A stretch of 64,000 nt of DNA. It comes from Ignavibacteria bacterium. Lineage in GTDB: Bacteria; Bacteroidota; Ignavibacteria; Kapaibacteriales; UBA2268. Under the pieces are notes generated by a model. The model worked only from the letters and a program-made list of their open reading frames with translations, made no database searches and had not been told where the DNA came from. The stretch lies in assembly GCA_016844745.1 (NCBI GenBank), contig JAERMQ010000009.1:7184-71183 (forward strand), given 5' to 3'. This document shows, in pieces, positions 58,601 through 64,000 of this stretch (position 1 is its first letter; each line of letters opens with the position of its first letter). The translations under genes were made by a program, and so were the position numbers.

Positions 58601-59658
58601 TGATTAATATAATGCTTGAAATCGTTCCCTTTTACATTGAATCCACAGGCAGCGCTGCCGTAAAAAATTATTGACTCGAGTTCACCGGAGGAGTTTTTTC
58701 TAACGATAACCGGGATTTCATTTAAGTTATTATTTTTACCATTCGTTTGATTCTCGCTAAGTTCTTTACCACCATATCCGAATACTTTAATAGTCTGTAT
58801 ATCATTCGCCGGAATATTAGCGCCTGCTTCCCTGAGGGTTCGGGCATCGAGTTTAATTATCCCTTCGTTTTCAACAGATAATTTAAACCAGTTACCAGAA
58901 CTTATTTTATCATCAGAAAGTATCTCATTCTTATTGATTTTATCTGCTTTCATTCCGGCAGGAATTGACCAATACTTTGCCATAGCAGGATTCAATACAT
59001 TCGATGCAAGGAATCCTTTGTTGATAGGTTGTGAAAGCGAACTCTTGAGTCTATTTTGAAATGTGATTTTCACAACTACTCGCTTAGGGATTTCAATTTG
59101 ATTGGTATTGGGATTATAGGTGGCAGCCCTGAATGAGAGTCTTGCCAAATGGTGTTCTCGTGACAATCCTAAGTAATTTATATAGGCTTTTTCTGAGAAA
59201 TAGTTCTTAGAATATGCTTCATTATTGATATAATAGGTTTTGATTTCATTTAAATCGGTGAGCTTGATTTTAGGTATTGGTGCTAACAAATAATTATAGG
59301 TTTGGTTACCATCGGTTAAAATACTATGAATCCGGAAACCATCGGATGAAGGAACAACGAAATTTGCTGAATAAACCAAATCGGATGGGAAACCGGGATT
59401 TGAATATTCAGGCGACGTTCCTTCAATTATAGGCAGGTATGTTTTTCTACCGTTTTCCAAAGTAATTTCTTTGAATCCGGACTGAACAGGTGTATATGCG
59501 ACAATTAGTTCCGAGGAATTGGATTGGAGAATTTCCACACCGGAAGTTTTATTATTTTCTGCATTACAAAAATTAATAATAATCAGAAATAACAAAACCT
59601 GCAATAATTTTTTATTCAATAACTGCATGTTTGGCACCTTGATGTTTTTTAAAAACAA
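55624..59658 (-). CDS. porU: PorU-like T9SS C-terminal signal peptidase (gingipain/C25-like peptidase domain) with its own CTD
   Basis: 1344 aa with a signal peptide. The central region resembles C25 peptidases. C-terminal NLICFPNPAADITTFRF…GIYYFNLTIYGSKG CTD. Conserved PorU-PorV gene order. Confidence 0.55.
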   Translation of the reverse strand: MFLKNIKVPNMQLLNKKLLQVLLFLIIINFCNAENNKTSGVEILQSNSSELIVAYTPVQSGFKEITLENGRKTYLPIIEGTSPEYSNPGFPSDLVYSANFVVPSSDGFRIHSILTDGNQTYNYLLAPIPKIKLTDLNEIKTYYINNEAYSKNYFSEKAYINYLGLSREHHLARLSFRAATYNPNTNQIEIPKRVVVKITFQNRLKSSLSQPINKGFLASNVLNPAMAKYWSIPAGMKADKINKNEILSDDKISSGNWFKLSVENEGIIKLDARTLREAGANIPANDIQTIKVFGYGGKELSENQTNGKNNNLNEIPVIVRKNSSGELESIIFYGSAACGFNVKGNDFKHYINHYSTKNSYLLTWGGRDGRRAIPQQPATANSFIKPVNYIERIFFEEELNNPYIIGSGRTWFGRQNPTTMSTITLPNLDRNNDILFRFSLAHRSDSQGEFKVFEKDFLITTISIPGTSDDAYCVESTAYMPASKISQDNLCMLRFEYTNPKGNAATSFFDYYEIQYSRSLVPINDTISFFSDTSWNGPTEITINSFGGSEILGFDVTDKSNPILLTNCASTGGMYIIRKELLKEKPERFFVSSVFLKPSIEKTGFGYLRNDTTDCDFVIISSPYLLESAENYKNYRSKHNGLKGYVISTEHIYNEFAGGIQDPTAIRDFLSYTINHWKKSPEFVILWGSGHYDYKNITTNSKNHIPPYETIETTSFDNLGSYPCDDYFVRLAGGDWDALPDMVIGRIPVSSNNNGTTVLEKIKHYEESSSKDNWRTSITFLADDSFGGDQDNNDTFSNQSEALAGLLPDYFQQNKIYLVEYKTDNIPGGRRKSTAQKEMLNKINNSGTLFLNWIGHGNPRVWAHEELLERDNTIPLMVNYDKLFFTCAATCDFGRFDKPEVQSGAEKLFLSPIGGSIGVFSASRSVFASENFAINKLYIEMLFRQDSLTGQYPTIGEALFQTKQQNSSVNDQKFYLLGDPSMRLIIPTQKIVIDSIDGIALKDLPDTVKFKALQNINISGAVLKINGKAVDESFNGVAITAMLDGDVQLIAKDDYDGTLAHIEKFGSALNRSFYKIQNGKFSARFIIPKDISYSANTGRFMSYGYSDDSRFAKGSYRNFVIQGLVSGINPDNNGPKISLYLDSRKFLPYSTVRKNPLLIVDLEDESGINTTGRGIGHKIEAWVDDNSESIDLTDKFETSLVNPKGGSVVDYIYGLGSGLHAIKVRAWDVFNNFSEETTYFNIQPEEDGIVINNLICFPNPAADITTFRFEHNVSPPFNAQIDIYSALGDKVGQIRQTVNTPYQSDISSEGILIPLSQGIYYFNLTIYGSKGNSGSKPGILSIVK

Positions 59659-59916
59659 TTTTTATTCTAACACTTTTAATCTTACAAAATAATTTGTAGA
59701 TGTTTTCCTATAGGCTGCAAGTTGATTTGTGATATGATATTTTTTTTATAATTTTGCTTTATTAATTATCAAAACATTATTATTTTAGTTTATAAGACGT
59801 TCTTTATTTTTAATATTTTAATTTTAAAATAATTTTTTCTTATATTTTCACAAATTTTATAACGTATATTTGCAAATTAAATTTTAATAGTTTAAATTTT
59901 TTACCATGAGGATGAA

Positions 59917-60411
59917 ATGATTTTACCTAAAGAGACAAAAAAGATTTTAAAAAAAATTGATTATACTTTAACCGGAAAGTGCTTTGAGCCTGATACTACA
60001 GGGAAAATAAATGAAAATATATTTTCCGGATTATCCGATAAAAATCTGGGGAAACTGGAATTTTTACTTCATAAAATTGCCCCCGAATGTACGATTCAGA
60101 AATTTGTTGCAATGCTTGCTACTGAAATTCAAATGCAAGCACAATGGGATATTCTAAATGCCGCTTCGGAAGACGATGACCTGGATAAAGAGGACGTTGA
60201 AACTGAAGAAGATGAGGATTGGGACGAAGAGGACGAAGATTGGGATGAAGACGACGAAGATTGGGATGAAGATGAAGACGAAGATTGGGATGAAGATGAA
60301 GACGAAGATTGGGAAGATGATGACGATGACGTTGATGATGACGATGACGATGACGTTGATGATGACGTTGATGAAGACGAAGATTGGGAAGATAATGAAG
60401 AAGTAGTTTAA
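59917..60411 (+). CDS. Small protein with an extremely acidic, Trp-punctuated repetitive C-terminus (EDEDWDE repeats, then D/V-rich)
   Basis: A 164-aa ORF. The last ~75 aa are at least 85% D/E, with W every 7-9 residues, encoded by 21-24-bp tandem DNA repeats. The N-terminal 90 aa are non-repetitive. Confidence 0.45.
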   Translation: MILPKETKKILKKIDYTLTGKCFEPDTTGKINENIFSGLSDKNLGKLEFLLHKIAPECTIQKFVAMLATEIQMQAQWDILNAASEDDDLDKEDVETEEDEDWDEEDEDWDEDDEDWDEDEDEDWDEDEDEDWEDDDDDVDDDDDDDVDDDVDEDEDWEDNEEVV

Positions 60412-60440
60412 ATATTTAGGTTGGTTCTTGAAACTCTTTA

Positions 60441-60736
60441 ATTGTCATTCCTGCGAATGAGCTGTGTGAAAAGTCAAAAAAATTGTCATTCTGAAATCCA
60501 AAATACGGAACTTAATAAAAATATGCAATGACAAATTCAAGAGAAACCCCCTAACCCCCTTTGAAAAAGGGGGAATTTTTTGTCCCCCCTTTTTCAAAGG
60601 GGGTTAGGGGGTTTCTCTCTGTTGAAATTGTTGCCATTATTTTAAATCAAGAAAAATCTGTCATTGGTAACTTGATTCAGAATCCATAATCCGCACTGGG
60701 AGTGGGTTCTGAATCAGTTCAGAATGACAATCTTCC
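60441..60736. repeat. Composite ~300-bp element, copy 3
   Basis: Collinear with copies 1 and 2. The core variant is gagaaaccccctaaccccctttgaaaaaggggg…ccccccctttttcaaagggggttagggggtttctc. The right-half hairpin is tgattcagaa-N25-ttctgaatca. Confidence 0.85.
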
Positions 60737-60750
60737 TTTTTTGATACGAA

Positions 60751-60790
60751 AAAAAAACACCGGATTAACTCCGGTGTTTTTTGCAAGTAG
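60751..60790. terminator. Bidirectional intrinsic terminator (aaaaaaaaacaccggattaactccggtgtttttt)
   Basis: A perfect caccgga/tccggtg hairpin flanked by an A9 run and a T6 run, directly 3' of rpmA. Confidence 0.8.
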
Positions 60791-60809
60791 TGAGTATTAT
60801 TAAAATTGA

Positions 60810-61067
60810 TTAATTAGATGAATAGACCGATACCTGAAGTCGTTCCCGGTCTTTTCTTTCGAATTTTACATTTCCATCAATTAATGAAAATATCGTGTAA
60901 TCCTTGCCTAAACCTACGTTTTGGCCCGGATGGAATTTGGTTCCGCACTGACGAATTATGATATTACCGGCTGTTACGAATTCGCCTCCGAATTTTTTTA
61001 CTCCGCGTCTTTGCGGATTGGAATCTCTTCCGTTTTTCGAAGAGCCGCCACCTTTCTTATGTGCCAT
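60810..61067 (-). CDS. rpmA: 50S ribosomal protein L27
   Basis: [28 protein letters not shown]…, 85 aa. Confidence 0.95.
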   Translation of the reverse strand: MAHKKGGGSSKNGRDSNPQRRGVKKFGGEFVTAGNIIIRQCGTKFHPGQNVGLGKDYTIFSLIDGNVKFERKDRERLQVSVYSSN

Positions 61068-61107
61068 ATCTATCTCCTGATTTTTTTTTCTGGGTTATAA
61101 TTGAAAT

Positions 61108-61641
61108 TTATTTATCCGGTTCTTTGTCTTCGATTTCATCGTCTTCGAATCTAATTACTCCGCTCTGTTGCTCATCGGATGAGGTTTCCTCGGTAGCATC
61201 GAAAAATGTTGCCGGTGTAGCTGTTTCAATAACTGAATCTTCCATTTCGTCGGGTTCGGAATCAAAGATTTGTTCCGTAGCAATTGATGCAACGGCAGTA
61301 GCAGTAGCTTCTTTAATAAATTCGAAACCGGGGAAGAAAATTCCGGTAATTTCGATTTGGGTGTAATGCTGCTTATGTCCGTTCAATTTACTGTAGCCTT
61401 TTCTGCGTTTTTTGTGGAATACAAGGACTTTATCGCCTCTGCCGTGGGCTACAATTCTTGCATGAATACGGCTATCGCTCAAATATGGCGAGCCCACTAA
61501 TACATTGTCTTCATTTTTTGCAAGCAATACATTGGAAAATTCCAGAGTATCTCCTGGTGTTCCCTGAAGCGCAGGCACATTCAATATTTTCCTGGGTTCA
61601 ACTGAGAATTGCGAGCCTGCTATATCAACTATGGCATACAT
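61108..61641 (-). CDS. rplU: 50S ribosomal protein L21 with a ~70-aa acidic C-terminal extension
   Basis: MYAIVDIAGSQFSVEP…HGRGDKVLVFHKKRRKGYSKLNGHKQHYTQIEI is L21 (about 105 aa). It is followed by an E/D/T/S-rich tail. Confidence 0.9.
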   Translation of the reverse strand: MYAIVDIAGSQFSVEPRKILNVPALQGTPGDTLEFSNVLLAKNEDNVLVGSPYLSDSRIHARIVAHGRGDKVLVFHKKRRKGYSKLNGHKQHYTQIEITGIFFPGFEFIKEATATAVASIATEQIFDSEPDEMEDSVIETATPATFFDATEETSSDEQQSGVIRFEDDEIEDKEPDK

Positions 61642-61728
61642 TGTTTTATCCTAAAATATTATCTTTTTTCAAATCGTACTTAACATGAAAAAGCAATTTA
61701 AGGAATTTTTTTTATTTTTCCAAATTCA

Positions 61729-63009
61729 TTAAGCAGAAATAGCAGTCGGTTGCTGTATTGACATGCTGTGGTATTTATATTCAGGCTCTGCTTTATTCTC
61801 GACGGTATCTAATGTGATAACGCACTTTGAAATATTTTTATTATCCGGCAAATCGAACATAATTGAAAGCATTATTTCTTCTAAAATCGAACGCAATGCA
61901 CGGGCGCCTGTTTTCCGCAATTTAGACTTAGCTACAATTGCTTTCAATGCATCTTGTGTGATTTCCAAATCGACACCTTCAAGCATGAATAGTTTTTTAT
62001 ATTGCTTGACCAATGCATTTTTCGGCGTTTGCAAAATGCTGAGCATAGCCTCGTCATCCAAATCCTCTAAAGGAGCAAGAACGGGAAGCCGTCCAATTAA
62101 CTCGGGAATAAATCCGAATCTCAGAAGGTCTTCCGGCTCGACTTCGCGAAGTAATTTATAACCCGATTCGATGGAATCCATATTCTGGGCTGTAAAGCCG
62201 ATTGTTGACGGGCGCATGCGTCTCGCGATAATCTTTTCCAAACCTTCGAAAGCGCCTCCGCAAATAAATAAAATATTTGATGTATCGACGTAAATCAGGG
62301 ATTGTTCGGGATGCTTCCTGCCTCCTTTGGGTGGGCAGCCGGCTACGGTTCCTTCCAGTATTTTAAGTAATGCCTGCTGGACTCCTTCGCCCGATACGTC
62401 GCGTGTAATGCTGCTGGATTCGCTCTTGCGTCCGATTTTATCCAATTCGTCAATATATACGATTCCTCTTTCTGCAAGCTGTACGTTGTAATTAGCATTT
62501 TGAAGCAAATGGACAAGTACGGTTTCAACGTCATCGCCAACATAGCCTGATTCAGTTATAGTAGTTGCATCGGCAATTGCAAATGGAACTTTAAGTATTC
62601 GGGCAAGAGTTCGTGCAAGTAAAGTCTTTCCAGTACCTGTCGGACCAAGCATAAGAATATTGCTCTTTTCTATTTCGACATCGGACATTTCGCCTGTCAT
62701 AAATCTCGATTGAATCCGTTTGTAATGATTATAAACTGCAACCGACAGAACTGTTTTTGAGAAATCCTGACCAATTACATAAGAATCCAAATGACGTTTA
62801 ATTTCTGATGGTGGCATCAACCTGGGTTCGGCAAGGATATTCAAGTCCTGAGTGGCATTCTTTTTTATTAATTCGGAGGATTTCGTTACGCATATATCGC
62901 AAATGAAAATATTATCCGGTCCTTCGATAAGACCGTTTACTTCTGCGGAATTCCTCCCGCAAAACGAGCATACTAATTCCTCGCCGTTGGCTTTTCCTTT
63001 TTTCCCCAT
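61729..63009 (-). CDS. clpX: ATP-dependent Clp protease ATP-binding subunit ClpX
   Basis: N-terminal zinc-binding CSFCGR…CDIC, Walker [12 protein letters not shown]-like loop and sensor motifs. 426 aa. Confidence 0.95.
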   Translation of the reverse strand: MGKKGKANGEELVCSFCGRNSAEVNGLIEGPDNIFICDICVTKSSELIKKNATQDLNILAEPRLMPPSEIKRHLDSYVIGQDFSKTVLSVAVYNHYKRIQSRFMTGEMSDVEIEKSNILMLGPTGTGKTLLARTLARILKVPFAIADATTITESGYVGDDVETVLVHLLQNANYNVQLAERGIVYIDELDKIGRKSESSSITRDVSGEGVQQALLKILEGTVAGCPPKGGRKHPEQSLIYVDTSNILFICGGAFEGLEKIIARRMRPSTIGFTAQNMDSIESGYKLLREVEPEDLLRFGFIPELIGRLPVLAPLEDLDDEAMLSILQTPKNALVKQYKKLFMLEGVDLEITQDALKAIVAKSKLRKTGARALRSILEEIMLSIMFDLPDNKNISKCVITLDTVENKAEPEYKYHSMSIQQPTAISA

Positions 63010-63226
63010 TTTGCTTTCTTTAATTGTTTAATAATTCAGTCAACAATTTTATTTTACTGTTAATGACATCTTCAAAAATTTTCTTGGCGGCTTATCATCT
63101 TTGCGACTTTGCGTGATAAATTTTTCGCAAAGCCGCAAAGAGAAAAAATTTGATGTAATTTCGTTTTTTTTACTACCACATAGCGGTTGTCTTGACTTCA
63201 GAATGACAATTTTAAGCATACTGCTT

Positions 63227-63880
63227 TTATTTTGCTTCAGGTTCTGTTGACTCCGCAGGCTTCAAATCTGTTGACTCCGCAGGCTTCAAATCCGTTGAGC
63301 GGTCCATAATTTTATCGATAATACCATAGCTTAGCGCTTCTTCTGAGGTCATGTAATTATCGCGGTCGGAATCTTTACGGATTTGCTCCATATCCCTGCC
63401 GGTATGCTTGGAAATTATGCTATATAAGGTTTCGCGCATCCTGAGCATTTCGCGGGTATAGATTTCGATATCGGATGCCTGTCCCTGAGCGCCGCCTGCA
63501 GGCTGATGCATAAGAATCCTTGAATTAGGAAGTGCAAACCGCTTGCCGTGAGCGCCGGCGCAAAGAAGTACCTGAGCCATCGAAGCGCCCATACCGATGC
63601 AAATTGTGGATATATCAGGTTTGATGAATTGCATGGTATCGTATATTGCCAATCCCGATGAAACGCTTCCACCTGGTGAATTGATGTAAAGGTTAATATC
63701 TTTGTTCGGTTCTTCGCTGGCTAAAAAGAGAAGCTGAGCGATGACAAGGCTTGCCACGTGGTCGTCTATCGGGCTGCCGATAATGATTATCCTGTCTTTT
63801 AAAAGTCTCGAGTATATATCGTAGGAGCGTTCGCCGCGGCTGGTTTGCTCTACTACTATCGGAACGAGTTGGTCGTACAT
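63227..63880 (-). CDS. clpP: ATP-dependent Clp protease proteolytic subunit ClpP with a duplicated 7-aa C-terminal tail
   Basis: Catalytic Ser context [11 protein letters not shown] plus His/Asp. The C-terminal …[23 protein letters not shown] is encoded by a 21-bp tandem duplication at 63240-63300. Confidence 0.93.
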   Translation of the reverse strand: MYDQLVPIVVEQTSRGERSYDIYSRLLKDRIIIIGSPIDDHVASLVIAQLLFLASEEPNKDINLYINSPGGSVSSGLAIYDTMQFIKPDISTICIGMGASMAQVLLCAGAHGKRFALPNSRILMHQPAGGAQGQASDIEIYTREMLRMRETLYSIISKHTGRDMEQIRKDSDRDNYMTSEEALSYGIIDKIMDRSTDLKPAESTDLKPAESTEPEAK

Positions 63881-64000
63881 ATATTTCCTGAATATTAGTT
63901 AAATTTCGCTCTTGTTGACGATTGAATTGGAATTTTAATTTGAGAAAAAACAAAATTCAATTATATTAGTCTATATTTTAAAATCAAGGAATAAAATATG

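Noticed and set aside
60158-60406. Alternative-frame ORF (MPLRKTMTWIKRT… K/M/T-rich) across the acidic-repeat DNA
   Set aside because: It is the +1 frame of the same tandem repeat. The acidic frame is longer and has a non-repetitive N-terminal domain with a proper start.

Overview
This 64 kb window is low-GC (roughly mid-30s percent) chromosomal DNA. It looks Bacteroidota- or Ignavibacteriota-like: there are many secreted proteins with type IX secretion (T9SS) C-terminal sorting domains, a PorU/PorV pair, and a Sec-type (clade II) nitrous-oxide reductase cluster. That taxonomic placement is an inference.

Housekeeping genes that can be recognised: hutU, an ECF sigma factor, a POT-family peptide transporter, a TamB-like 1527-aa protein, an aldo/keto reductase, TrpB2-like, HAD hydrolase, NmrA-like, ribH, gap, serS, rpmA-rplU, clpX-clpP, and tRNA-Lys, tRNA-His, tRNA-Ile and tRNA-Ala.

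The accessory content is where the interest lies:
- A complete clade II nos cluster on the minus strand, in the order cytochrome c, nosZ, NosB-like/NosL fusion, nosD, nosF, nosY, with large GC-rich palindromes inside the operon.
- A HEPN/MNT toxin-antitoxin pair followed by a ~3 kb cassette bounded by 109-bp direct repeats. The cassette carries an orphan Rhs C-terminal toxin fragment, an AT-rich putative immunity gene and a YD-repeat/T9SS mini-protein.
- Two further small toxin-antitoxin-like modules (HigB/Gp49-HigA and a three-gene HEPN module), each bracketed by its own family of palindromic repeats.
- Several interlocking families of intergenic palindromic/MITE-like repeats: a GC-rich nested 'core' palindrome, a 'tagaagtagaa' motif, 'gtcattctgaac...' arms, ~300-bp composite elements with covarying hairpins, a 135-bp element found twice, and a 13-6-13 palindrome found three times. 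These occupy most long intergenic spacers, including spacers inside the nos operon and the flanks of the tRNAs.
- Smaller oddities: a C10 homopolymer in a T9SS cargo gene, three heptamer microsatellite arrays in a promoter region, a 4 x 33-bp tandem array, and a small protein with a D/E/W-rich repetitive tail.

No CRISPR array, rRNA, integrase or transposase was seen.
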